A stretch of DNA of 64,000 nt from Eledone cirrhosa (Eukaryota). Location: positions 1,116,001 to 1,180,000 of the forward strand of contig OZ024752.1 in NCBI GenBank assembly GCA_964016885.1. The letters run 5' to 3'. A program made the translations under genes and the position numbers. The notes under the pieces are model-generated. The model ran no database searches. It saw only the letters and a program-made list of their open reading frames with translations, and was not told the DNA's origin. Every line of letters begins with the position of its first letter. Position 1 is the stretch's first letter. Shown in pieces: positions 15,286 through 29,024 of the stretch.

Positions 15286-15340
15286 TGTATGTATGTATGT
15301 ATGTATGTATGTATGTATGTATGTATGTATGTATGTATTT
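15195..15340 (+). mobile_element. RTE-type 3' tail with (GTAT)n
   Basis: GCCATACTCGATAACGAGGGGACAGCCATCATG followed by (TATG)n; the same tail is at 37240-37275. Confidence 0.65.
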
Positions 15341-15369
15341 ATGTATGCATATATATGTATTTATGTATG

Positions 15370-15642
15370 TTCTTCTGGTTTTATAATTTCACAATTTTTT
15401 TCCCAATAGAGAGAGAGTCGGTTTCTAACATAGACACAAGACTCTCTCATTGGAATTTACACAACATCAACTAGGTAGATTATGTATGCATGCATGCATG
15501 TGTAGATATAGATGTTATTGTATGTGTGGATGTGGATGTTTTGAGTTGTATGTGTGCATGTGTACATGTGTATATGCAGTTATTAGATGCTAAATGTTTG
15601 GAATGTTTTACATATTTTTACTGTTCCATTAATGGATTGTAC

Positions 15643-15645
<3 letters not shown>
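15370..15645 (-). mobile_element. 3' end of an RLE-type LINE (same family as 34940-35930)
   Basis: Minus strand [19 protein letters not shown] followed by a UTR homologous to 34940-35330. Confidence 0.65.
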
Positions 15646-16334
<689 letters not shown>

Positions 16335-16336
<2 letters not shown>

Positions 16337-16518
16337 CTGTTTCTACTTTTGGCACAAGGCCAGCAATTACCCAGTGCATTACTGGTACTTTATTTTATCG
16401 ACCCCGTAAGGATGAAAGGCAAAGTCAACCTCGGCGGGATTTGAACTCAGATCGTAAAGGGACGTAACTATGCTGGAAAGCATGGCGTCCGACCCTCTAC
16501 CGATACTGCCAATCCACC
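16335..16518 (-). mobile_element. SINE family 1
   Basis: Near-consensus full copy. Confidence 0.9.
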
Positions 16519-16576
16519 ATAACGGCGATGAATTAGTTTTGCGAGATTTTTGATATGAAATCGTGTGTCGAAACAA

Positions 16577-16739
16577 ATATTGTTATACTTGGGGAGGGTC
16601 ATATTTGTGTAATATTGCCAGAATTAATAACAGAAGACACTCACTGTTTGGTTGGCGAAAAGCGAAAACCAACCAAACAGTGAGTGTGTTCTGTTATTAA
16701 TTCTGGCAATATTACACAAATATGACCCTCCCCAAGTAT

Positions 16740-16747
<8 letters not shown>
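16577..16747. repeat. Fold-back inverted repeat, about 79-bp arms, 13-nt spacer
   Basis: 16577-16655 versus 16669-16747, one mismatch seen; family E sequence. Confidence 0.9.
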
Positions 16748-16786
<39 letters not shown>

Positions 16787-17559
16787 CAAATGTATGTTTA
16801 GAAGAAGCATGATTGATAGAAATATATATATATATATATGTCTGCATCTAGTTACGTACAATATTTCACATGTAAACACATAACCCCTTAACATGAAACA
16901 CAGGTTCACCGTTGTGTTTATTTTCGTAATAGTAAAAAGCGTCTGTTTACACAGAGACATAGATATGAAACATAGATAGAAAATGAAATCTCTCGTGTAC
17001 GTTCCTATTTGCTTGTAGATCTGATGTTTCTGAGGTGGTCATTAAGACATAATTCCTTTCAGAGGATCTACCTCTGGTTCTATTTAATTTCATAGGTTAA
17101 AGTTGACTGGTTTGTAATTTATTGACGGCTAATATTACTGCAAATTCATAACTTACAGTGGGTTCATGCTCAGCTTTATTTGACGCTATTAAATCTTATA
17201 TACGCATACCCATCTAAAACAAATCTAGTTTCGAGAAGAAATTCAGAAATAACCTATTAAATATATATTTAAATGTATGAGAGAATATTCAGCTCTCGTT
17301 CTTTAGACGTAGATAATTAACGTAAAGCTTCAGGGAGTAGTATTTGGTCGAAATTTTTAGAGTTTCGACAGATGTCCAGCGGTAATTTTCCAGCCCTTTT
17401 TGTTTTGAGAACAAATTCCTATATAGATTCTTTTTCTGGTAGACTTCTGGCACCATCCAGTTTAATACAACTACTTCGAACTTGTGAGCCTTTATCCGAA
17501 TCCATTCTGTTCGAAGCATTCGTGATTGGTCTCCGGTTCGAACAGTTAAGCCGCCTTCC

Positions 17560-18300
17560 CGCTCAACTTTATCGCTATGTAGATTAATCGATGCCAGTTA
17601 TGCTCGAAAAAGAAAATCTAGCACGCTATCCCTTGACACGAAATGAACAGAAGAAATGGTAAAGTTACAACAGACTTTCGGAAACTTAGCAAAAAGGGAT
17701 AGGAAAAGACAAGCGCAAATCGATGACTTAATTTCTACCGGTCGTTTGTCCTTTCAACGCTTCTTTATGGCAGTGAGATTTGAACACTGTACTCAGGTGA
17801 AGAATGAAAAATGGACATGTTTCTCATGCACTATTTGTAAAGGAGTCTCAGCATCTATATGGCATGATAAGATCACTGACACAGTTATGCTTCGATGAAC
17901 AGTTATTCCATCACTCTATCCAAATCTCAAATCCAGACGACTGTGATAGTTTTGTCATGTCTCACTAATGGATGACACCAGAATAGCCAAGCAAGTACAC
18001 CATGGAGGAATATCAGATGTACGAAAGAGCATAGGACGTCCTAAGCTGCACTTCAACGAACAAGATACAACGACACTGAAATAGTTCTGCATTGAAGAAC
18101 GGAATGGGGACACTCAGTAAAGGACCGTGGTAATTGGAAACCAGCTGGTAATGCATGACAAAGACAGAAGTTTCCCACCTTGGTAGAAACTATTGCCTCA
18201 AATTTGCGCTATTGTAAGTATTGTAAAAAGCCATGTCGAGCGTGCATAGGACAAATCAGTCATGACAACCACTGGTCGGAAAATAGTCAGTCCTGAAGTG
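17560..18300 (+). pseudogene. Degenerate RTE-clade LINE ORF2 C-terminus
   Basis: TFGNLAKR, WHDKITDTVML, CHVSLMDDTRIAKQVHHG..RKSIGRPKLHF and terminal CKYCKKPCRACIGQISHDNH, interrupted by stops and frameshifts. Confidence 0.8.
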
Positions 18301-18464
18301 TTAAGAAACAACTGTTTTAGTCGATCAAAGTAAAGACAACGCACACACGTGTGTGTGTGGATTTAAACATTTAAACATATATGTATGTATAAATATATGC
18401 ATACTCACACACGAACACACACACACATATATATGTATATATAATTTGCTATGTATACACACTA

Positions 18465-18515
<51 letters not shown>

Positions 18516-19248
18516 AACTTAATTATAAAATTTAATGCTGTAAAACGATGGAAAATGTTTAAATGTAAAACAATGTTTTATATAAAATATAGACACAATT
18601 TTCAACCTAAAAAGTAATTTAAAAGGATATTAAAAGAACCTTAAAATGTTCTCCCTCTATAGTTTTATAAACTGCTACAGATTGTAGTTAATTAATTAGA
18701 TTATATTTAGCGGCTCGATACATACTTACAATCTTAATTAAACGTTCGTTTATCAAATCAACTTTCATAATTTTGTAAATATTTAATTTGGTAGAATAAT
18801 GTTTTGTATCTGATTGCTGCATACAGAATCTTCTTTCACGTGGATGATCTAAAATATAAATACTGCCTTGTTTTGATATAAGAAATCATCGTCTATACTC
18901 CATATGCAAGAAATAATTAACTGCATGAACATTTAGTTAATCGAAGTATTTAAACCTCTCTTTATGTATATTTTAATAAAATGTTCGGATGGTAAAGTCT
19001 ATTTCTTTATATAAAAATGTTTCTACAATTCGATACCTGATAAGTCATTTGATGAAAAACATTGGTGCCACATGTACTTGTTTAACTGTCATCCCTGTCT
19101 ATTTCAACCACAACAACTCATCTTTATTAAATTCCCTACAGTTTCTGGCGTGAATGTATTTCCTGATATTGGACACGACCCTACTATCAGTCGTTACTTT
19201 ATTATAACTGGTGGGGTGTAAAATGCTGATCAAACTTGGCTTATAAAT

Positions 19249-19540
19249 TATATACATATATAAATATGATCTAGTCTATCGTTCAACTCTTCTTTTCCGC
19301 ACCGTTTTTCGGATATTTTGAAAATAGAGATTATCATACATAAAAATTGTTTACCATCAGACATGAAAACGTGTTTTCTAAGGCCTGTATATACTATCTT
19401 AACATACAGTTAACATATAGTTATCCAAGACCAGAATGTATGCTCACTCCTGTTCAATTCCTCGTGAAATACCTTCTGCACAAGCTAGTGAACATCACAT
19501 AATCATATATCTTAATATTATATCGTTACAGGTCATCTCA
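19249..19540 (+). repeat. About 290-bp direct repeat, copy 1 (copy 2 at 21151-21442)
   Basis: Colinear from TAAATATGATCTAGTCTATC to CGTTACAGGTCATCTCA, with scattered substitutions. Confidence 0.9.
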
Positions 19541-21150
19541 TGCTAATTACGATATGTTCTTATCTCTGCTTGTGTGTGGGTGTGTGTGTGTCTTGCGTCT
19601 AAGGTAACATAAGTGACAAAAATGCCTATATACCTTGTCTGGAATCAGAACCAAATGACACAATTTAATGATGGCTCTTCACATTCGCGTGTTTAACTAA
19701 TGAGTCACATTGCAAGAATTTGTGAATTATTTTTACGTAGATTTAACTATTTTTAGCTATGAGATATAACACATTGGAAAGTTCATTTAAAATTGACCAG
19801 ACTTCATAGTCTCATAGTAGATATGGTAATTCTTGTGAGGTTTTATTGGTGGTGGGAAACGATAGAAGCCGTGAAGAAATTTGTAGAACAACAAAACAAT
19901 ATTATATATGAAAGTTGCCAATCTCTGTAGCTGTTGTTCCTTCAATCACGGAACATCAACTTATCTGTCATAGTAAGAACAAGGTATGGACAGTTGATCC
20001 CTTCCTTCTTATAACAGATAACAGACAATTAAAATTTGTATATTAAAAACTGTCCATGGTTACAAATAACTAGTGGTACTACCATGATTTCACATGTATT
20101 TTCCTATTCGTCGTACCATTCACCCAACACTTTTAAACATATTCTAACAGCAAATATAATTTTGAAGAAACCGTGTACATTTAAAATATTTCTCAATTCA
20201 TAATTCTTGCTCGCAGGCTAATATTTGAAGCAATTCTGCATGCATTGTTTCCTTGACGTAATGTGAAATGCCTCCAAGGATTTGCATTGTATTTATTCCG
20301 AATATTTGAATTTTATCATGATGGAGAAAAATTATCTTCATTAGATAGACATTTCTAAATTTTTATTTTCATTTGTATTTATACCTTATTTTGTTTTCAT
20401 TCCACGCATCGTTGACAAAACAGTATACATTTAAATTAAAATATCCTCAAATGAAATATTTAGAAATTACATTTATTAATCTGATTGTATATATTCACTC
20501 ACCATCATCACCATCATCATTATCATTGCAATCATAGTAATCATCATCACCATCATCGTGATCCTCATCATTATCGCTATCATCATTATCATCTCTAACC
20601 ACTGCCATCATCTTCCTCACTAATATCATCGAAGTTCGTCAGCATCATTCTACCAGCATACCCATCAGGTCAGCTCCATTTTACCCGCCACCCCATCAAA
20701 CAGCATTAGAAATATGTTTCATGTGATATGCAGCTCGTTATAGATGGTGATTTCCTGCAGAGCAATTGTGGGTCTTGAAGAGAAAGGTCTGATGGTTCTC
20801 TTATTGTGAATATTAACATCGAGCATTATGGACAATTTCAATAAGACCTAGGTCTAGCCGCACTAAAGGGGTTCAGTGCCTGTCGGAGATAATATCTAAA
20901 GAGCAGGGATAGAGACTCAAAGAACTGAATATATTCGAGATTCAGACAGTGGGTCAAAATTGCCTGATAATCTCTCGTTCAATACATTGCTGATTTGAGG
21001 CTTAATTTCTTAAGGCGTTAGTTTTGCTTTTTGTGGTAATAGTTTAGTGTTTCGTAAGTGTGATGTACGATATACTTACTGTATTATTTCGTTTGTAGTG
21101 TGTGTGTGTGGTGGGGATGTATTAAACTACTGGATGTTGAGTATGAAGTA

Positions 21151-21442
21151 TATATACATATATAAATATGATCTAGTCTATCATTCAACTCTTCTTCCCC
21201 ACACCAACATTTCGGATATTTTGAAGATAGAGGTTATCATACATAAAAAAATTGCTTTCCATCAGACACGAAAACGTGTTTTCTAAGGCCTATATGCACT
21301 AGTATTAACATACAGTTAACATTTATCCGAGACCAGAATGTATGCTCACTCCTGGATAATTCCTCTTGAAATACGTTCTGCACGAGCTAGTGAATATCAC
21401 ATAATCATATATCTTAATAGTATATCGTTACAGGTCATCTCA
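21151..21442 (+). repeat. About 290-bp direct repeat, copy 2
   Basis: Matches 19249-19540. Confidence 0.9.
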
Positions 21443-22299
21443 TATATACTATAATACATTATTAGTTATTGTTTGTGTAGAATATGTCATGTTTCGAATG
21501 TGTCGTTTTTACTTAGCCCCAGATATTTGTTGTGTAGGCAGAACTGTGATCAGATGTATATTGTTCGCGAATATGACACTTTCTTTTCACGGGCTCATTT
21601 GCAATATGCCCACTTTTTCTTACAACTGTTTATTAGGATGTTAGAATTTGCCGGAGATTTAATTCCAATAGGCTTGTAGATTGAGCAATCTTGTGTATTC
21701 TGTCATATTGATGGGTAACGCTCAAGTGAGCATGCGTGGTGTGAATTATAATTATTATTAAAATTGTGAACAATATAATAGCTGAAATAAAATCTTTTCT
21801 GAGATTTCAGATAAAATGTGCATGGATATGTTTTACTCCAAAATGTGTATATGCTATCGAATCAAATTCTTTCTATATAAAGCTGGCCTGCAACAAGGAA
21901 GTATTATTGATTAATATACAGAATGCTTCGTTTAGATAATCTAATCATTAATAATTACCCGTTCAGTCATAACATATACGACTATTTCTTTTGTTATCTC
22001 CAATCTCTGAAACAAATGGATTAAGTAACCAATCGAACATGTCAAATATGTTTCTGGACAAGAATTTAATAACAGTTCTGCAATACGACACTCTCCTAAA
22101 CACAGGAATTTAAATTACATTTCAGAATAGCTCTCACCAAACCTGCTTTTATGAGATTATTTCATTGAATTATCAGTGATAATATACTTGTCTGTAGTCA
22201 AATCTTTTCTGAGAACAGCTTTACACTGTAATCAAGAAGAGAACCATTACATAAGTAAATCAGAACAGTTAAACGAACATTATTTAACAAAGGATAGTA

Positions 22300-22489
22300 G
22301 GCGGTGGATTGGCAGTATTGGTAGAGGGTCGGACGCCATGCTTTCCAGCATAGTTACGTCCCTTTACGATCTGAGTTCAAATCCCGCCGAGGTTGACTTT
22401 GCCTTTCATCCTTACGGGGGTCGATAAAATAAAGTACCAGTAATGAACTGGGTAATTGCTGGCCTTGTGCCTAAAGTAGAAACAATTAT
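22300..22489 (+). mobile_element. SINE family 1
   Basis: Near-consensus; TSD ATTATTTAACAAAGGATA at 22279 and 22485. Confidence 0.92.
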
Positions 22490-24870
22490 TTAACAAAGGA
22501 TACCTAAACATATTAGTTGATCAAGCTGTAGATTAATACAAGAACATATTCATCTACAGAGCTACAACTACGTGTAAAAAAATACAAACCATACAAACAG
22601 TACACAATATAAGCCATATAAATTCAAATGAGAGAATAGATTAATACGCTATTATGGTATCATAAAAGAGAACACATACATCACATATAAACAGAAACTA
22701 ACTTTGAAGATGAAAATTACAAATATTTTCATCAACTTAAATCCACAAACTTCCATGTTATAGAACATAGAACGCCTGGCAACTGTTGCAATAACATTTT
22801 AATGCAAAAATGAAAGTCGTAAACACCATGACTCAAATTGCTATATCGGACACATACGTCAAACACCTTCCTGTCAGTTGCCATGTATTTGAAATAAAGC
22901 GCGATTACAAAACATGACATTAAAGAACATGAAACAAAACAAGATGGAAACACATTAGTCTATATTACCATACCTTTTATGATTTCACAAAAATAAAGTA
23001 TGGAATACTTATTCGAATTATATACAAAACAAATATCAACATACATATAAGGAATACATGAAAAATGTATAGAAGTAACCAGAAATTAAGCGATTACAGA
23101 TTATAAATAAAGCCCTACTGAGTATCTCAGTTACATAATCACATACACGATCCATTACTCCCAACTACAAGACAAAGTTTACACTATTTATACTGGTGCA
23201 ATCATATAAATGTGGTTTTAAATGGCGAAACTGTCGTTTGTGTGTTACTTATAATATGGATTTAAAGCAATTTACCAAATGAATTGGGTTATTTAGTAAC
23301 ATATATCTTTCAAAATACTATTTTGTACAAAATTTTTGATACACCTAATTATAATTCTTATATTTATTTACTTGGGCTAAGAAACATTTTATCAAATATA
23401 CCATAGTGTACATTTATTAAAAAAAAACAAACTCTTGACTGCTTGGTTAAAACATAACTCATAGTACGGCACTACATTAAAGATACAGATAACATCTTGA
23501 TCCAAAATGAAATATATATGACGGTGTGTGGCTAGACTAGTAAGAATGTTTCACTCACTATCATAAGGGTACTTCTGCCTAAGGAATAGTCAGTAATTTC
23601 CACGTTGATTTCATAATTAATCTGTCATGTTGATCGAATCAACCAGAGCGTTCATATTCGGGAAAATACTGGGATACAACAAACTATCAGGAGTGCAGTG
23701 TCTTATTTGGTAGAATTCGTACCTAAAATATTTATTTTGTTGATTCTCTTATTGTTTAAACTTGCGTTATTTGAATAGTTTATATGATAGAAGCATAGAC
23801 TTGAGAGAGGATTCCAATTCATAGATTTGCGTACAAAAATAGTATACTCATTACATATACAGACTTGTAACATGTCGAGTTAGGCAGTGTTAATAAAAAT
23901 AATAAATAAATGCTGGATAGAAAGTGGATTTACGTATTATTTTTGATTCGAGAATATGTTAAAGAAGTCAATTGTGAAATAATAATATACAATGAAAAGA
24001 TATTGTTAAATTTTCTATAATGCCTCAGAAAATATTTACAAAAGAAACTCTGGTTATCTTGATTCTTCCGTAATACATAATTTATAGTACAGCACTACAT
24101 TAATAATGAGATACATATAACAGCAATAATTGTGTATAGCTTTGCGTTTGCTACAAAGAAATCTATGTATATTGTTTAAAACGTTGGCTTTTTGTCATTT
24201 ATTGTATGTTGCGATATGAAAAAATATTATCGAGAAAATAATAACTAGGTATTTGCTGGATTGATTTTTTTTTTCTGATTTGCCTATCCTTATATACATG
24301 CTTGTACCTTATATTATTGGATATTTAAGTATTCATGTCGCTATGATTTTTATTTTTTAAACTAAGAATGCATGCAAATTTAGAAATGAAATTCTTTACA
24401 TTTAACTAATAGAAAGCTTTCATTTGAAATATTTATATCAAATGTCTACCTCTATCTGAACCACAACACAAAAGAAGAAATGTGAATAAGAATTGATTTC
24501 TATGAAATAGATTTGAGGATTAATGTAGTAAAATGAGAGAATAATAAATGAATTTAAATTTCAATGAAGTTGATCGATATTATTTGCGTTTTTTCCCAGT
24601 GAATTACAATTGACTCTAAAGATATAAATTAAAATATTTCATTGTGACAGCATAGGCTTCAGAGACACATGTCTATGTATGGTTCGCCATATATATTAAT
24701 ATGTATGTATAAATATATATATATATACACACACACACATACACACATATGTGTGTGTGTATAGTTCAAGGAGACAACAGAGGTATATATATATATATAT
24801 ATATGAATATATGTTTCTATATACACACACTCACACACGCACACACACACACACGCACACGCACACGCAC

Positions 24871-24925
<55 letters not shown>

Positions 24926-25164
24926 TATATGTATGCATACATGTATATAGAATAGCTGCTACATTGCTCTGGAGATTTCACTACACGCTATAACTTCCTT
25001 ACAAGATGGTAGACTGGATCTGTCAACAAATAGTTGATCAAACGGCTGCATGCAGGGGAAATCACAGTGCCACAGGCTACCAGATAACTCATGATAAACT
25101 AGAAATCGCTCATATCATATTGGTTACTAAATCTCACGCTGACCGATAATAAGGACATATATAA

Positions 25165-25353
25165 AAGTTTATCCCGGGTTCAATCGGGGGTAACCAGAGT
25201 AAGTAAGGTACTCAATATGAAGCAGAGTATAAATATTTAATATAGAAAGGCTTCTACAAGATTAGAATTGTTTCATTCGGGAGAAATCCTCTGAGCTTCC
25301 CGATGATTTCTCCCGAATGAAACAGTTCTAGTCCTGTAGAAGCCTTTCTATAT

Positions 25354-25360
<7 letters not shown>
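25165..25360. mobile_element. Penelope-like pseudo-LTR family B with fold-back and hammerhead motif (25295-25343, +)
   Basis: Inverted arms at about 25233-25288 and 25305-25360. GCTTC-CCGATGA-TTTCTCCCGAAT-GAAA-CAG-TTCTAGTC-CTG-TA-GAAGC. Homologous to 31305-31540. Confidence 0.7.
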
Positions 25361-25416
<56 letters not shown>

Positions 25417-25526
25417 ATAATAAACGTGAAGGATAATATATATATCAAATATATAAAAACTGAGTGTCAGAAGATCCCGTTAAGGGTGAAAGCAGCAATT
25501 CTTTGTTAAACTTTAATCTGTTATTT

Positions 25527-25623
<97 letters not shown>

Positions 25624-25876
25624 TATATTTGAATTGCCATCTGATTTGATTTTCTCCCTCATATCCTTTCGACATCTTTTCCTATCATTTCGCACGATGC
25701 CTCTTTATTTGATCGTCACATCCCTTGTACTCATCTTATAAACATTCTCACCATCTATTCTTCCAGTTATCTCCCCATTAATCATCGTCTGATGTTATAT
25801 TTTCTCTTCTATTAATCTGCCTCTTTCAAAAAAAATCGTCCTTAATTATACACACATACACACAAACACGCACATT

Positions 25877-25954
<78 letters not shown>

Positions 25955-25984
25955 TCAATTAAAGTAGGTACTATCACCCTATTA

Positions 25985-26588
25985 GTACTTAAGTACTAAT
26001 AGGGTGAAGTATAATAAATTTCGCGCCAATTCGCGTTACAAAGTTCTTATTATATTTGTCTCAGGTTGATTTTTCATATATGAGTGAAGTTTGGTTGGTT
26101 GATGCAGTCACGTGAATAAGCACATCAGCCTTCGCGCCAGTTTGTGTTTGAATTTCATTTTACGCGAAGGCTTTTTTCTTATAAATGTAATTTGATTGGT
26201 TATAAATGAAATTAGACTGTCATGTGAACAATTACATTAAATTTCGCGCCCGTATTTTGGAATTTTTTTAATAGCCATTTAGAGAATTTTGTGCCAAACA
26301 AAAGATAATGGTCTAGAAAAAGGGATGGAGAGAGTTGTTCTGAGTATGACTGATGTGCTTAAATGTAATTTGATTGGTTATAAATGAAACTATGACTGTC
26401 ACGTGAACAAGTGCATTAAATTTCGCGCCCGTATTTTATTTTGTAGCCTTTTGGAGAATTTTGTGTAAAAAAAAAAGATAATGGTCAAGAAAAACGGGAT
26501 GGGGAGAATTGTTCTGGTTCAGTGAATATGGCTGGTGCGCTGCGGTGTCAGAATTCAGACTTTCTATTGAAATAAAGAAAGTAGAGAT
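25985..26588 (-). mobile_element. Non-autonomous element with two internal units of about 178 bp, possibly Helitron-like
   Basis: Units start at 26182 and 26360 (TAAATGTAATTTGATTGGTTATAAATGAAA); TTTCGCGCC recurs. Minus strand starts A|TC and ends near TTAG|T with a weak CGCG hairpin upstream. Confidence 0.4.
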
Positions 26589-26808
26589 ATGTATGTTTAT
26601 TTGTGTGTTTGTGTGTGTCTGTGTGGGAGGGAGGTAAGTATGTGTGGGGGTGTGGTTAGCATGTTAAGGTGTTAGAGTATTAACGTATGTTAAGGTTTAT
26701 TTAGTTCTGGTTATTATTTTCTAAAGTAGAAGGTGTTATGTGTGTGTGTATGTGTCTGTTTGGATGGTTAGCATGTTATGGTGTTGACATAATGTATATT
26801 ATGTTATT

Positions 26809-27108
26809 TTAAATAAACATATGTTTCTTATTTATTCGTATTTGTTCTGTTGTATTGTCAGCGCAAAGATACAATGGGAATACTTGGAATTTGGGTGTCT
26901 TATTACTTGCGCAAATGTCTAGATATGCGCTTAGTGGTATCTGTCTCGTGGTTGGATCTCGTAATTGTTGGCGATGAAATGTCATTCTGTTTCTGAGTGT
27001 GAGTTTAGTTTGTCCTATATAATCTTCATTGCATTCTTTACATTTAATGGCATAAAGCAGATTTTTTGATGAGCAAGTGAAGTGACTTTTTACAGCAAAA
27101 TTTTGTCC
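26809..27108 (-). pseudogene. GIY-YIG endonuclease fragment of a Penelope-like retroelement
   Basis: Open 99-codon frame absent from the ORF track: GQNFAVKSHFTCSSKNLLYAIKCKECNEDYIGQTKLTLRNRMTFHRQQLRD...IPLSAYLDIC...IRINKKHMFI*. 5' end is cut by (TA)n. Confidence 0.88.
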
Positions 27109-27127
27109 TATATATATATATATATTT

Positions 27128-27190
27128 ATTAAAATAACAGATTAAAGTTTAAGCAAAGAATCGCTGCTTTCACCCTTAACGGGATTTTAG
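27128..27190 (+). repeat. Dispersed short repeat in (TA)n, likely a Penelope terminal fragment (also 10320-10370 +, 25472-25528 -)
   Basis: TAAAATAACAGATTAAA.TTTAA.CAAAGAAT..CTGCTTTCACCCTTA-like block in three places. Confidence 0.7.
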
Positions 27191-27209
27191 TCTTCAAATT
27201 TCTTATTAT

Positions 27210-27295
<86 letters not shown>

Positions 27296-28370
27296 CTATA
27301 TGTTATAGAAGGGCATGTACTGGGAAGCTTGAAATTGGAAATTATAGCCGCTATTGTGCAGATAACTATGATATTTGTTTGTAATTTGAAACGCTAGTTG
27401 AATATATCGGGTAAAGTAACTTTGGAGTCTAGGGAAATCGAACAGAGACGATGGCACCTCGGTAACTGAGGTAATGCTTATGAAGTGCAGCATACAAGGG
27501 GGTAAAACTTCCATTAAGCAACTAAATTCTAAGAAAGACCCCAGCAGTCGATTATATATCGTCATAGTCTGCCATGTAGTGGTGATATAATGGTTAACCT
27601 TGTGAACACGTTAATTTATCAACTTATGGAATGGTTCATAAGTTCCACAAAAGTCGAGCGTTGCAATATTGATTTTGCTGTTCAAGTGGAAAATGGCAAG
27701 TGAAGCTGTAATTAAATTTATAGTATTTCTTTATTTGTAACTGGTGATAAGATATTCACCAGAATTATTGAATAGACTGGGGACGCACATTTATTCCGTT
27801 GTTGTTCCAATGTCTCAATATAGATTTAGCTTTTATAAAGGCAACATAGTTATGATTTTGAGTGTCAGATATTTACAGGAAAAGTCCAGAGAGCAAGAAC
27901 TCTCCCTTTAGCATAATTTTGACAATGAATAGTAATGAACTGTGAATATATTGGAAAATTTAAGGTATCCGAGGTTTGTTGAAATAGACATTAAAGACCG
28001 ACTGCATTTCTAGCAGTATTCTTCCAGTATCGATTCCCGTACAAAACGATTCATACTTACATAAACACTTACATACATATACATACACACCTAAATACAT
28101 ACCTACATACATATACACATACAAACATACATACATACATTCCAACATATTGTATAAATATAGACTTGCAGTCTGAATATGTTGGACCCCACCAAAGAAG
28201 ATATCGGTCTTCAAAATGGGGCGATGGACTAAGTTGATTCGGCTAAGTGAGACGGCACAGCATTGGTATGTTTGAGATTCATACAGATCACTCTCCCCTA
28301 TACACTTTTTTGTCAAATACATACACACACACATATATATATAGACACACACACACTGATATCAGTAGGT

Positions 28371-28420
28371 TCTTGTCTGATGACCCTGTGATAAACAGGC
28401 AAAACTCAAGAGTAACAAGA
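28371..28420 (+). ncRNA. Degenerate type I hammerhead motif, family D
   Basis: TCTTGT-CTGATGA-C-CCTGT-GATAA-ACAGG-C-AAAA-CTC-AA-GAG-TA-ACAAGA: three stems present, G12 changed to A. Confidence 0.6.
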
Positions 28421-28596
28421 CCCACTACTAAGCTTTAATAAATTGAATCTATCTATCTATCTATCTATCTCTCTCTCTATATATAGATATCTTTAGGTTT
28501 GTTGGTTCACCATTCAACATTCATATGGAACCCGGTCATTGAAATGATCATAGTATAATAAAACTTTCAAGGATTTACACCAGTCCAGCCTCCTGT

Positions 28597-28664
<68 letters not shown>

Positions 28665-28668
<4 letters not shown>

Positions 28669-28922
28669 AATCATGTCCTTAGAATTATTAGATAAAATAT
28701 ATACTATTTCCTCTTCTAATTAGCATAATTAACCATATAAAAAATCATATATATATTTTATCTAATAATTCTAAGGACATGATTTATAATATATTGCTCT
28801 GATTATTTAATTTATTAATATGGTTAATTATGCTAATTAGAAGAGGAAATAGTATATATTTTATCTAATAATTCTAAGGACATGATTTATAATATATTGC
28901 TCTGATTATTTAATTTATTAAT
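28665..28922. repeat. Compound inverted plus direct duplication
   Basis: 28665-28738 is inverted at 28819-28891; 28755-28819 is directly repeated at about 28858-28922. Confidence 0.85.
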
Positions 28923-28989
28923 TCTTCATAGAGCTTAAAAGTGACCGATTGCAACATATATATATCTATAACTTTATGTATATGTAAAC

Positions 28990-29024
<35 letters not shown>

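Noticed and set aside
20498-20700. Poly-His coding segment (also 61150-61380)
   Set aside because: Degenerate (CAT)n repeat with no supportable splice sites or flanking coding signal.
20880-20985. RLKELNIF, CR1/L2-like peptide
   Set aside because: One short motif without colinear support.
22300-22390. tRNA gene
   Set aside because: A and B boxes belong to a multi-copy SINE head with tail and TSD; no complete cloverleaf.
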